From assembly GCA_038046765.1 (NCBI GenBank), contig JBBSVN010000015.1, forward strand, positions 1-44,871: a stretch of DNA of 44,871 nucleotides. The letters are read 5' to 3'. Positions 17,362-27,730 of this stretch are shown in pieces. A program made the position numbers and the translations under genes. Position 1 is the stretch's first letter. Every line of letters begins with the position of its first letter. The DNA comes from Candidatus Micrarchaeota archaeon (GTDB lineage: Archaea; Micrarchaeota; Micrarchaeia; Anstonellales; Bilamarchaeaceae). Below the pieces are notes generated by a model that did not search any database, had not been told where the DNA came from, and saw only the letters and a list, made by a program, of their open reading frames with translations.

Positions 17362-19509
17362 ATGCCACCTTCCATAAATCTTAAAGTAGCTGAAGCTTTT
17401 CAAAATGATATTGGCCGCGGTATCGCACGAGTTGACTCGAAAGCAAAAACAGAACTTAATGTGAGTACTGGAGATGTCATTCTAATTAAGGGGAAAAAAT
17501 CTGCTTTAGCAATTGTCTGGCAAGCTCATCCAGATGATGAAGGATTGGGTATGGTGCGAATGGACGGTATCCTAAGACAAAATTCTGGGATTAGTTTAGG
17601 CGACAAAGTTTCTATCGAGCATGTTGAAATAAAGGAAGCAAAAAAAATAACCCTCGCCCCAAAAGAAGCGATAAGGTATTCGGTTGGTTTTGACCAATAT
17701 GTAAAAAAGAGACTTGTTGGTAAACCGATTATGAAAGGAAATGTACTGCCCGTAGGCATCTTTGGAACCTCGATTCCTCTAGTTGTAGCACAAGTTGTTC
17801 CTCAAGGATCAGTAATGATTACTGAGGATACAGATATAAAAATAAAAAACGAGCCAGTAAGGGAAACTGCATCAGTATCAAACATAACTTATGATGATGT
17901 AGGGGGGCTTGAAGACGCAATGCAAAAAGTACGCGAAATGGTTGAATTACCATTACGCCACCCAGAATTATTTGAAAGATTGGGTATTGATCCGCCAAAA
18001 GGAATTTTATTATACGGATCGCCCGGAACTGGAAAAACACTTTTAGCTAAAGCAGTAGCTAATGAAAGCGATGCAAACTTTTATTATTTAGGTGGACCCG
18101 AAGTAATAAGCAAGTATGTTGGAGAAAGCGAAGAAAGACTTAGAAAACTTTTTAAAGATGCTGAGGATAATGCACCTTCAATTATATTCGTAGATGAAAT
18201 TGATTCGATTGCACCAAAACGAGAAGAAGTATTTGGTGAAGTTGAAAAAAGATTAGTTAGTCAGTTACTTACTTTAATGGACGGACTAAAAAGCCGAGGG
18301 GAAGTAATCGTAATCGGGGCAACAAACAGACCAGATAGTATCGACCCAGCGTTAAGAAGGCCAGGGAGATTTGATCGGGAAATTGAGATTGGCGTTCCAG
18401 ACATAAAAGACAGAAAAGAGATTTTACAAATACATGTTAGGAACATGCCACTTCATGAGGATTTTAATGTTGATGAATTTGCAGCGATTACGCATGGATA
18501 CACAGGAGCAGATATTTCATTTTTAACAAAAGAAGCTGCGATAAAAGCAATACGAAGACTCTTACCAGAAATGAACCTTGATGATGACATGATCCCGCAG
18601 GAAACGCTTGATAAAATACGCGTTATGCGAGATGATTTTTATGTAGCACTTAGGGAAATCCAACCATCAGCGCTTAGGGAAGTATTTGTTGAACGACCCA
18701 ACGTAAGATGGGAAGATATTGGAGGAATGGAAGCGGTTAAGCAAGAAATAAAAGATGCAGTTGAATTACCGCTTAAAAAACCCGAAGTATTTGAACAAAT
18801 GGGAATACGACCGCTAAAAGGAATTTTACTTTATGGCCCGCCCGGAACTGGAAAAACGTTATTAGCTAAAGCAGTTGCAAAGGAAAGCGAAGCGAACTTC
18901 ATATCAATTAATGGAGCGCAAATATTAAGTAAATATGTTGGTGAAAGCGAGAAAACAGTTCGGGAAATTTTCCGAAAAGCTAGAATGGCAGCTCCTTGCG
19001 TAATATTTATTGATGAAATAGATTCTATCGCTTCAATAAGAGGGTCTGGAGGTGAAGGAAACAGAGTAACTGACAGAGTTGTTGATACTTTACTTACTGA
19101 GTTAGATGGTTTAAAAGCGCTTAAAAATGTTGTAATAATCGCAGCTACTAATAGACCAGATATACTTGATCCAGCATTACTTAGATCAGGAAGATTTGAC
19201 AGAATTATAGAAGTACCTGTACCTGATGATTTAGCGAGACTCGAGATCTTAAAAATCCACACAAAATTGATGCCTTTAGAAAAGAACGTTGAAATAAACG
19301 AACTGGTAAAAATAACTCAAGGTTATACTGGAGCAGATTTAGAAAATCTTTGCCGTGAAGCGGGCATGCTTGCAATCCGTGAAAATGTTAAAAAAATCAC
19401 AAATGAACACTTTGTTGTTGCAGTAAAAAATATTCGCCCAACGATAAGAAAGGACGATGTGGAAAGTGTACAGAAATTCAAATCAGGAAGCATAGCAATG
19501 TATCGATAG
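17362..19509 (+). CDS. cdc48: CDC48/VCP family AAA ATPase
   Basis: Two AAA domains ([16 protein letters not shown]), RPGRFDR, C-terminal MYR HbYX motif. Confidence 0.97.
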   Translation: MPPSINLKVAEAFQNDIGRGIARVDSKAKTELNVSTGDVILIKGKKSALAIVWQAHPDDEGLGMVRMDGILRQNSGISLGDKVSIEHVEIKEAKKITLAPKEAIRYSVGFDQYVKKRLVGKPIMKGNVLPVGIFGTSIPLVVAQVVPQGSVMITEDTDIKIKNEPVRETASVSNITYDDVGGLEDAMQKVREMVELPLRHPELFERLGIDPPKGILLYGSPGTGKTLLAKAVANESDANFYYLGGPEVISKYVGESEERLRKLFKDAEDNAPSIIFVDEIDSIAPKREEVFGEVEKRLVSQLLTLMDGLKSRGEVIVIGATNRPDSIDPALRRPGRFDREIEIGVPDIKDRKEILQIHVRNMPLHEDFNVDEFAAITHGYTGADISFLTKEAAIKAIRRLLPEMNLDDDMIPQETLDKIRVMRDDFYVALREIQPSALREVFVERPNVRWEDIGGMEAVKQEIKDAVELPLKKPEVFEQMGIRPLKGILLYGPPGTGKTLLAKAVAKESEANFISINGAQILSKYVGESEKTVREIFRKARMAAPCVIFIDEIDSIASIRGSGGEGNRVTDRVVDTLLTELDGLKALKNVVIIAATNRPDILDPALLRSGRFDRIIEVPVPDDLARLEILKIHTKLMPLEKNVEINELVKITQGYTGADLENLCREAGMLAIRENVKKITNEHFVVAVKNIRPTIRKDDVESVQKFKSGSIAMYR

Positions 19510-19519
19510 GTGCTTTATC

Positions 19520-19894
19520 TTGTTACTAAAATTATTTTTTAGATTATTTGCGATGTGTCTGCTTGTTTCACTCTTAGCTTTTGCATTAGTGCCATCTTCA
19601 AGTTTAACCATGCTTGCCAAATATATCGCATTTGGAACTGCAATTTCAATAATCGTAACTGCGATTTATCCAATCGCACGCGGGGTTAGTAAAGGGGATA
19701 TAGTAGCGATATCTTCCGCGTTGCCATTTTTTGCAAACAAGGTTGGTACTGCACTTACAAGCGGAAGAAAAAATAGCCAGATAAGAGTAATATTTGAAGA
19801 TGGCGAAGAAGCAGTTGCAACGATTGAAAGTTATGAGGGATTTTTAAGCCCAAGCAAGATAAGAATATTGTATGAAGAGAAATTAAGGGAATAA
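19520..19894 (+). CDS. membrane protein with NfeD-like C-terminal beta domain
   Basis: Two TM helices then a small beta-rich domain; co-oriented in the cdc48 operon. Confidence 0.6.
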   Translation: MLLKLFFRLFAMCLLVSLLAFALVPSSSLTMLAKYIAFGTAISIIVTAIYPIARGVSKGDIVAISSALPFFANKVGTALTSGRKNSQIRVIFEDGEEAVATIESYEGFLSPSKIRILYEEKLRE

Positions 19895-20620
19895 GTGAAA
19901 AACATGATTAATTTTAATATCGAAAAGGAAGAAGCGGTACAGATCATTATTTGCGTTCTTGCAATTTCTTTTGCATTTGCGATTGTTTTTTATGGGCTTG
20001 ATGGATTAATAAAATATCCAAAGGACTTTCTTGTTTTTAGTCTTCTTTGCCTTGCTACAATAGGTATTGGATTTATATTCCATGAGATGGGACATAAGAT
20101 ACTTGCAATGCATTATGGAGCTTATGCCAAGTTTCAGATGTGGGTAAATGGATTAGGATTAATGATTATTACTTCATTTTTAGGTTTTCTTTTTGCAGCC
20201 CCCGGAGCAGTTTATATTTATTCAAACAATATTTCAAAAAGGGAAAATGGACTCATTTCATTAGTCGGGCCTTTAATTAATGTTGCAATGGTTTTTGTTT
20301 TCCTTGGACTTAGAGTTTTTCTTCCAGCAGTGCAATTTTTCCCTGGTTTAAATATCGACTATTTCTTTGGAATTCGTGGCGGCACAGTAAATGTTTGGGC
20401 ATTTGGAGCTGGAATAAATTTAATGCTCGCACTATTTAACATGATGCCGATTTTCCCTTTAGATGGAAGCAAAGTTTATGACTGGAACAGGGGAGTCTGG
20501 TTTGCTGTTACTGCATCATTTTTGGCACTTGGAATGTTCTTTTATCCTGGAATTATAATAAGCTGGATTTTCATGTTAATACTTGCATTTGTTATTTCCA
20601 AGGTTTTGTTTAGAAGATAA
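19895..20620 (+). CDS. site-2 protease (M50) family membrane metalloprotease
   Basis: HEMGH, GPLIN, FNMMPIFPLDG. Confidence 0.92.
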   Translation: MKNMINFNIEKEEAVQIIICVLAISFAFAIVFYGLDGLIKYPKDFLVFSLLCLATIGIGFIFHEMGHKILAMHYGAYAKFQMWVNGLGLMIITSFLGFLFAAPGAVYIYSNNISKRENGLISLVGPLINVAMVFVFLGLRVFLPAVQFFPGLNIDYFFGIRGGTVNVWAFGAGINLMLALFNMMPIFPLDGSKVYDWNRGVWFAVTASFLALGMFFYPGIIISWIFMLILAFVISKVLFRR

Positions 20621-20710
20621 TTTTGTTGATTTTATGTCCCCAATTTATTCCCGCGGTGCTAAAAGAATGTAAAAGCGCATATTTAAATACATAAATTACC
20701 GTAAATAATT

Positions 20711-20890
20711 ATGACAAATGTTAACATTAACCATCTGCATAAAGAACTTCTTTACATAAAAAAGGATGTGGAGTTAATAAAAAATATTCTTGCAGAAGAA
20801 GGAAAATTAACCGAAGAAACTAAACTTAGATTAGCTAAAGCTCGAGCTACTTCTATTTCAGAATACAAGCGCTTAGAAGAGTTAGATTAA
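20711..20890 (+). CDS. 59-aa RelB-like antitoxin (not in ORF track)
   Basis: MTNVNINHLHKELLYIKKDVELIKNILAEEGKLTEETKLRLAKAR...; stop abuts the RelE start. Confidence 0.75.
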   Translation: MTNVNINHLHKELLYIKKDVELIKNILAEEGKLTEETKLRLAKARATSISEYKRLEELD

Positions 20891-21139
20891 ATGGCTTACG
20901 AGGTACTTTTAGATCCTCAAGTAGTTTCATACTTAAAAGATTTAATGCCAGATTTGCAAGAGAGAATCAAGAAAAAACTTTTTCTATTAAAAGAAAATCC
21001 GTTTAATTATCTCGAACATTTTGAAGGAGATTATTACAAACTACGCATTGGAGATTATCGCGCTTTAATCGATGTTGATTTTGAAAATAAAATAGTTATC
21101 ATTCGTGTTTTGGATCATCGAAATCGAGTTTATAAATAA
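20891..21139 (+). CDS. relE: RelE/ParE family toxin
   Basis: YKLRIGDYRALI...LDHRNRVY. Confidence 0.9.
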   Translation: MAYEVLLDPQVVSYLKDLMPDLQERIKKKLFLLKENPFNYLEHFEGDYYKLRIGDYRALIDVDFENKIVIIRVLDHRNRVYK

Positions 21140-21151
21140 AAAGGTTTTTAT

Positions 21152-21727
21152 ATGTCTTCAATCTTTTCCCGCGGTGCTGAAGCAATTCTTACTAGGATAG
21201 AAGTTATCGGAATTCCCTGCGTTAGAAAAGAAAGAATTGCTAAAACTTATCGCGTTAAAGAATTGGATCAAAAACTGCGTAAAACGCGCACACGCTCTGA
21301 AGCGCGTTTATTACATAAAGCAAAATTAGCAGGAGTTTTATGCCCAACCGTTTTAGAAGTTGAAGAATTTGCATTAACCTTGTCTTTTATTGAAGGAGAA
21401 AGACCCGAGATTAACGAAAAAAATGCTAAAGAAGTTGGCGAGCTTCTTGCAAAATTACATAATGCAGACATTATTCACGGAGATTTTACATTAGCAAATT
21501 TAATTGCGTCTAGTGATGAGGATTCTTTGTACGTAATCGATTTTGGTTTGGGATTTTTTTCGAACGATGTTGAGGATAAAGCGATTGATGTTTATACTAT
21601 GATTAAGTCATTAAGCAATGAGAAAGCTAAAAACGCGTTTACCAAAGGTTACGAAAAGTACGATAAATATTCTACTGTTTTTAAACGATTAAAAGATATT
21701 GAAAAAAGAGTTAGATATGCTTTTTAG
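21152..21727 (+). CDS. bud32: KEOPS complex kinase Bud32
   Basis: RGAEA, KERIAKTYR, IIHGDFT, IDFGL, EDKAID, C-terminal RVRY. Confidence 0.93.
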   Translation: MSSIFSRGAEAILTRIEVIGIPCVRKERIAKTYRVKELDQKLRKTRTRSEARLLHKAKLAGVLCPTVLEVEEFALTLSFIEGERPEINEKNAKEVGELLAKLHNADIIHGDFTLANLIASSDEDSLYVIDFGLGFFSNDVEDKAIDVYTMIKSLSNEKAKNAFTKGYEKYDKYSTVFKRLKDIEKRVRYAF

Positions 21728-21748
21728 ATAAATAAGAAGAAGAAATAA

Positions 21749-22153
21749 TTAGTAATATGGTTGCAACATATCCCTTCTTTTTTCAAACTCATAAAGACAG
21801 ATCTTTGCTGCATCGTAAACCATAATATTTTTCTTTTCTAATTTTATTATATTTTTAGCAAGTTCACCAATGTGATGTATCGCTCTATTTTTTAGGTGAA
21901 TAACATAATCATAATTTGTAAAACTACCAAGAGCAAGTAGTGCAATTGATCGAATGTCTGTTTCATTTCTTTTAGCAACAACAATTTGAACTAATGCAGA
22001 TATAGAATTAGAATCTCTTATTATTGCGAGTTTTTTTATCGCATGAATTTTAGATTCATGGGATAAACTAGGTAGAGTTTTGACGATTTCTTTAGCCGTC
22101 AAATTATCTAAATTAACTAAACTAATACTTTGATGTGAGATCACTAGACCCAC
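21749..22153 (-). CDS. hypothetical protein, HEAT-like helical
   Basis: HAIKKLAIIRDSNSISALVQI / DIRSIALLALG pattern. Confidence 0.55.
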   Translation of the reverse strand: MGLVISHQSISLVNLDNLTAKEIVKTLPSLSHESKIHAIKKLAIIRDSNSISALVQIVVAKRNETDIRSIALLALGSFTNYDYVIHLKNRAIHHIGELAKNIIKLEKKNIMVYDAAKICLYEFEKRRDMLQPYY

Positions 22154-22578
22154 CTCGTACTTGTTTTATTAGGTATTTTAATATCTTCCTCGATAAAAGA
22201 TATTTCTGATTTTCTAAGACAGTGAAGATTAAAAAGAGTTTGGTAACGAGATAAAATGAAAAAGAATAGAGCGTATTTATAAACCTTGCAAGCATACACA
22301 CTTTAGATATAAATAGCAAGTTTTATTTAGAAAATACTTTTACTTGTAAAAAGACAGGATCAGAACTATTGAGTTCATTTTTTCTGGTTTTACCACTATA
22401 AAAATGGTTCAAAACAAAAAAAATAGAAATCTGTCGAGAAACAAGCGAAAGCTTTTTAAATACAATCTTACTCTATATGTATCTCTTTTTCGCTATTGAT
22501 TAGCACGCTTGTCGTGCTATGAGGCAAAAGAAAATTTAGTTAGTATCCTTCATCTCGAAGGAAATTCATGCGTATGAA

Positions 22579-22677
22579 GTAACAGTAAGAATTAATTTAT
22601 CCTAAGGATCTTTGGAAGCAATTCGTAAGAATTGTTATAAAGTTCCTGGCATAAAAGAAGTAGTTCATAAAGATATG
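22579..22677 (+). other. 5' arm of pre-23S processing stem (pairs with 25811-25843)
   Basis: TAACAGTAAGAAT pairs with ATTCTTACTGTTA; AGTAGTTCATAAAGATATG pairs with CATATCTTTATGGACTATT. Confidence 0.75.
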
Positions 22678-24737
22678 CTGATTACACGCCATATAGTGGA
22701 TGGCTTGGCTAGAATTCACAAGGTCGCGCGGTAAGCTGCGAAAATCTTGGGGTAGGCGCACGCAGCCATTGATCCCAAGGTCCGACTGAGTACGTTTTGA
22801 ATAAAGACGTGCACTAACCCCCCGAAATGAAGCGTCTTAGTAGGGGGTGGAAAAAACATCAACTGAGATCCTGCTAGTAACAGCGAGTGAACGTAGGACA
22901 GATCGTACCGAACTCCGTAGCAGTAATGTTACGGCGAATGTGGAACGAAGTGAAATTCCTTTATCAAAGTTGAAATAGGCTGGAACGCCGTACCATAGCG
23001 GGTGATAGTCCCTTAAGCGAATGATGAAGGAACGATTCGTGAAGAGTAGCGTGCCCTGGGTTGGGTTCGTGAATACGGGTGTATCAACATCCAAATCTAA
23101 ACATGCGATTCTAGACCGATAGCGTATTAGTAACGCGAGTAAACGCTGAAAAGATCTCCGGAAGGAGAGTGAAAAGATCTGAAACTATATGGTTACAGAA
23201 TGGTAAGGCATCAAAGGATAAAGTTTTTGGAAGTGAAATTTGGTAACGAATGGATCGACAAGAATTTCCAGTGTCTTATCTTTCTTCTCGAAGCAAGAGC
23301 CATGGAGTTACTGGGTGTGGCGAGGCGAAAGCCGAAGCGAAAGCAAAAGCATGCAACATCGCAAGATGCGAGATGCGACCTCCTAATCGGGGTTCAGTCA
23401 CCCTCAGCAGACCCGAAGCCATTGTGATCTACACCTGAATAGAGCGAAGTTGTTCTGACGAACAATGGAGGCTCGCAACTAGTGCTAGTATATTCTGCTT
23501 AGGTGATTTGGGTGTAGGGGTGATAGTCCAATCGAACGTGGTGATAGCGGGTTCTCTTCGAAATGTCTCTAAGGACAGCGTCTCTGGAGAATGATATAGC
23601 GGTAGAGCACTGATTACTGGGAACGGCTCCGAGAGGGGTCGCCTGGTTCTCAAACTCCGAATGCTGTATCTTCTAAGAAGGAGGCAGTCGGGTTTCACGG
23701 GGTAAGCTTGTGAGCCCTTACGGGAACGACCGTACGTGGGGTTAAGGGCCCTAAATGCTGGTTAAGTGTTAATCGTAAAGGAAACTCCACCCAAAAACAA
23801 TCGGGATGTAGGCTTAGAAGCAGCCATCATCTAAACAACGCGTAATAGCGGACCGATCGAGGGTGCAGTTTTTGAAGATTCACGGGGCTAAACCAGCTCC
23901 CGATACCTCACCCGTACCAAAAGTACAGGAGTAGGGGAGCGATCGTATTTCACAGAAGTAGGGCGGCAACGTCCTATGGAGAAGTATGATACGAATATCA
24001 TGGTGTCAGTAACAGCATATCCAGATGAGAATTCTGGACACCGAATACCGCAAGGATTCCTCAGCCATGTTCGTCAGCTGAGGGTTAGTCGATCCTAAGG
24101 TCTTAGGCAACTCCGAAAGACCGAAATTAGGGAATCTGGTTAATATTCCAGAACTACGACAGTAGGCGTGGTAACACAAGTCTTGTTTTTGACTCCTTTG
24201 GATAAGTGGAGCTGCGCAAGCAGTATGAGAGTAGTAACTCTTCGGAGTCTCGTTATGAGGAGAAGAAGATGAAAACTCGAGTTAAAAATCAATTGATTCC
24301 AGGGGACCATGAAAAGAAAACAGGAAACGATCTGTTGTAATCGTACCAAGAACTAATACAGGTGCGGTAGCTGAATAGGCTAAGGTGTAGCAGGATAACC
24401 TAGATAAGGGAACTCGGCAAGATAGTCCCGTAACTTCGGAAGAAGGGATGCCTTCGCTTGCGTAAAGCGAAGGTCGCAGTGACAAGGAGAGTGCGACTGT
24501 TTATCAAAAACACAGATCATCGCAGAGCCGAAAGGCTGAGTACGATGGTTGACGCCTGCTCACTGCTAGTGTTTGAAAACCGGGTTCAACCGGGCGAAGA
24601 CCTAGTAAAGAGCGGGGGTAACTCTGACCCTCTTAAGGTAGCGTAATACCTCGCCGCTTAATTGGCGGCTTGCATGAATGGCGTAACGACACTCTCACTG
24701 TCCCTATCTAGGACCTGGTGAACTCACTTCCCGGTGA

Positions 24738-24872
24738 ATGTAAATAATTAGGGAAGATTTTTTTTAGAGAATAGGTCTTAATTTAAGGTTAAAAATTTAA
24801 ATAAAATTTAATTATTAAAATAAGATTAATTATTATATGAACTACAAAATCGACTAATTATTTACAGCCGAT
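24738..24872 (+). other. 135-nt BHB intron in 23S rRNA (about E. coli 2030/2031)
   Basis: CGGT/GCCG helix, GAA and ATA bulges, 13-bp stem TGTAAATAATTAG/CTAATTATTTACA; excision restores GTGA|AGATGC. Confidence 0.92.
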
Positions 24873-25309
24873 AGATGCCGGGGACTCCCAGAGGGAAACG
24901 AAGACTCCATGGAGCTTTACCATAGTCTGATGTTGTGATAACGGACCTTTTACATAGAGTAAGTGGGAGCGGTTACTTTGTAGCTTTCGGGCTACAGATA
25001 CGCGAAAGTGTAACACCACTTAGAAGGTTTGCTATCGCTAACTCGCAAGAGAACAGCGTCAGGTGGATGGTTTGGCTGGGGCGGTACGCCCTCGATAAGG
25101 AAACAAGGGCGCCCGATGTTGTGCTCATTCCGGTCAGAAATCGGAAGTAGAGGGTTAACAACAAATGCACGACTGACTGTGATTCTAAAAGCATGAATCA
25201 CAGAGGTGAAAGCCGGGTGTAACGAACCTTGTTGTCCCTGTTGATGGGGGCACAATCTGTCAGACAAGCTACCCTGGAGGTAACAGGCTCGTCGCGGGCG
25301 AGAGTACAC

Positions 25310-25413
25310 AGACTTTGAAGTCATTTTCTACTCACTTCAAAGTTTAACGAAATGTACTTTCACCACACGAAATAGTCTAATCGTTTTCGAAAGTGTAATC
25401 GTACAACGTACAT
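25310..25413 (+). other. 104-nt BHB-type intron in 23S rRNA helix 89 loop (about E. coli 2477/2478)
   Basis: GTAC/GTAC helix, ACA and ATA bulges; excision restores GAGAGTACAC|ATCGACCCC. Confidence 0.88.
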
Positions 25414-26067
25414 ATCGACCCCGCGGTTTGGTACATCGCTGTCGGCTTGGGACATCCTGGTCGTGTAGGAGCGACCAAGGGTTGGGTTGTTCATCCATTA
25501 AAGTCCCACATGAGCTGGGTTCAGTACGTCGCGAGACAGTACGGTAGTATCTCCTGGGAGTGTCGCCTCTTGAGAGAAAGAGTGCCTGAGTACGAGAGGA
25601 ACGGGCACTCGTCGCCTCTGGTATACCAGTTGTCATTAGCATAGCTGGGCAGCTACGCGATAGTTGATAAGCTCTGAAAGCATCTAAGAGCGAAGCAACT
25701 CTTAAAACTAGGAGGCAAAGTCCGCCCATAGCAGATGGGTTTGATAGGACGGTGGTGTAAGAAGTAAGCGTAAGCGAGCTTTTAAGCCAGCCGTTACTAA
25801 CGGAATAATTCATATCTTTATGGACTATTGATTCTTACTGTTATCTTCAACAACTTTTTAGGTTGTTGCAGGATCTGGTAAATGCAAATTTGCTGGGCTT
25901 CGATACTAGTTTTTTTTTATTTTTGCATGAATGATGCAAAACTTGACTAAATATAATTATTTTTATAATATTTTATTTTATACCTTCTTTTTATTCATTT
26001 AATTAAGCAACCTAGTTATAAGTAGGTTTTTAAAGACTTGTTAGCATAAATGTTACTAGGTGTTTTA

Positions 26068-26382
26068 ATGAATACAAGAAAATTGACATTTGGATCGGAA
26101 TTACATATTGGAAAACCTACTGAAAAAAAGCCTGACTTTAGAGGAATGGTTGAAGCAGTTCGTTCAAGATTATCTGCATGGCAAGCATATCACGACCATC
26201 AAAGTTGTTATATGCCAAGTAGTCCACACACAGAAGCAGACGAAGTTGCGGATGCGATATACCGTGCAAGAAAACCTATACTCAGCAACAGACTTCCTGA
26301 TCCAGAATTGAATTTACGTGTAAGCGATCAGACAATTGAGAGTTTATTAGCAAGAGCAATCAGAGGAGAAAGAATGTTCTAA
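26068..26382 (+). CDS. hypothetical protein
   Basis: ORF with AGGTG RBS before ATG 26068. Confidence 0.65.
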   Translation: MNTRKLTFGSELHIGKPTEKKPDFRGMVEAVRSRLSAWQAYHDHQSCYMPSSPHTEADEVADAIYRARKPILSNRLPDPELNLRVSDQTIESLLARAIRGERMF

Positions 26383-26473
26383 GTTATTTTTTAAATTTAT
26401 TTTAATTTCAGTTTCGTTTAATTGAAAGCAGAACTAAAAAATTAAATCAAATTAATCTAAGGAGGTTAAAAAT

Positions 26474-26686
26474 ATGTCAAAATTAAGAGCAACATTTATT
26501 GAAGGAAAAAAAGTAGCAAAAGCTGTAGCATCATTTTTAGGTGCGGCAATAACCGAGAAACAATATAGAAGTCCTTTTGAAGAAAGAGTACATAGTGATG
26601 GTGCAAGAGCAGAGTTATCTCAAGCAGTTGCTAGATTCAAAAAAGTTTGGACAAGTAAAACACCAGCATCTGAAGCTAGATTATAA
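26474..26686 (+). CDS. small hypothetical protein, paralogue of 27476-27697
   Basis: Strong AAGGAGGT RBS; MSKLRA...FKKVWTSKTPASEARL. Confidence 0.75.
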   Translation: MSKLRATFIEGKKVAKAVASFLGAAITEKQYRSPFEERVHSDGARAELSQAVARFKKVWTSKTPASEARL

Positions 26687-26708
26687 TTATGTAATTTCGG
26701 GTTATCTT

Positions 26709-27461
26709 ATGGGATTTACATTTAGACCTGTTGCAGTACCTCCATTAAAACCTGCTGCAGCACCTGCATTAAAAGCAGATTTTTCAAACCTTAAGGATTT
26801 GCCTTTGCCAGATTTAAAAAGACATTTAACTGGACCAGATAAACCAAAAATTGTTGTTGCGCTTTTAACACAAATGGAAAGTATTGCAAGAGCAGGAACG
26901 GGCTTATCATACGCAGATATATCTGAACCAGAAAGACAAGAAGGATTGTCCTGTGCAACCATGTTATTAATCAATGGAGTTATTGCAGTTGGTGGAAGAA
27001 AATATATTACAGAAAAACCAGCTGAGCTTGCTAGAAGAATCAGATCGATAGCTATGGATAGGGAAGCCAAACTAGCAGTTTTAGAACAACAGGCAGAGGC
27101 AAATTCGGACATGAGTATGAAAACAGTTAGTAATTATTTCCCAGAAGTAGGTATTCCATTGTACGCGCGGGAATCACAATTTAACCCAGTAAAGGTTACT
27201 GAAGAGATGTTTCAAAAAAATAGATTTTTAGGATTTTCAGATGATAATAGTTTTCATGCTTTTTGCGTAGTTCCATTAGCAGAAGCAACAATCGAAAATT
27301 TTGCAGTTAAACTAGATTCACTTAGTGGAAGAAAAACCGTTTTAAACATAATTGAATTTGCAAGTATGTTATTGAGTGCAGAAGTTATATCAAAGAATGG
27401 TTGGCAAGATGATAGCATAATTTATGAATTAAACGAAAACAGGAAATCAAATCTAGTTTAA
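26709..27461 (+). CDS. hypothetical protein
   Basis: Long ORF; ATG 26709 avoids overlap with the upstream small gene. Confidence 0.7.
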   Translation: MGFTFRPVAVPPLKPAAAPALKADFSNLKDLPLPDLKRHLTGPDKPKIVVALLTQMESIARAGTGLSYADISEPERQEGLSCATMLLINGVIAVGGRKYITEKPAELARRIRSIAMDREAKLAVLEQQAEANSDMSMKTVSNYFPEVGIPLYARESQFNPVKVTEEMFQKNRFLGFSDDNSFHAFCVVPLAEATIENFAVKLDSLSGRKTVLNIIEFASMLLSAEVISKNGWQDDSIIYELNENRKSNLV

Positions 27462-27475
27462 CGAGTTTAAAAATT

Positions 27476-27697
27476 ATGTCTAAACTAAAAGCAATTTCAA
27501 AGCAAGGACCCCAACTAGTTCGATCAGTCCTAAGATTTGGACTAGATCAATTAATTCATACTGTTACTAAACCGATATTGAGAGGTACTCCATTTGGAGG
27601 ATCTTCTAAAGTTTCTAATTCAGATGTGCTAGATTCTGCGAAAAAATTTAAGGAAGAATGGACGAAACAAAAACCATTAACTGAAACCAGATTGTAA
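27476..27697 (+). CDS. small hypothetical protein, paralogue of 26474-26686
   Basis: MSKLKA...FKEEWTKQKPLTETRL. Confidence 0.75.
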   Translation: MSKLKAISKQGPQLVRSVLRFGLDQLIHTVTKPILRGTPFGGSSKVSNSDVLDSAKKFKEEWTKQKPLTETRL

Positions 27698-27730
27698 ACC
27701 TTAAAAAGTCTAGCGACCAATAGATTAGTT

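Larger units (their letters stand above)
22671..25817 (+). rRNA. rrl: 23S rRNA (stand-alone, divergent, two introns); ends approximate
   Basis: GTGGATGGCTTGGCT 5' region, H69 GGTAACTCTGACC, P-loop GGCTGGGGCGG, sarcin-ricin loop AGTACGAGAGGAAC; termini pair AGATATG/CATATCT. Confidence 0.97.

Noticed and set aside
12802..19509. Inteins in rfcS or cdc48
   Set aside because: Both proteins have normal length and contiguous motifs
22837..25813. Many 60-160-aa ORFs on both strands in the ORF track
   Set aside because: They lie within the 23S rRNA gene; neither intron holds a homing endonuclease ORF
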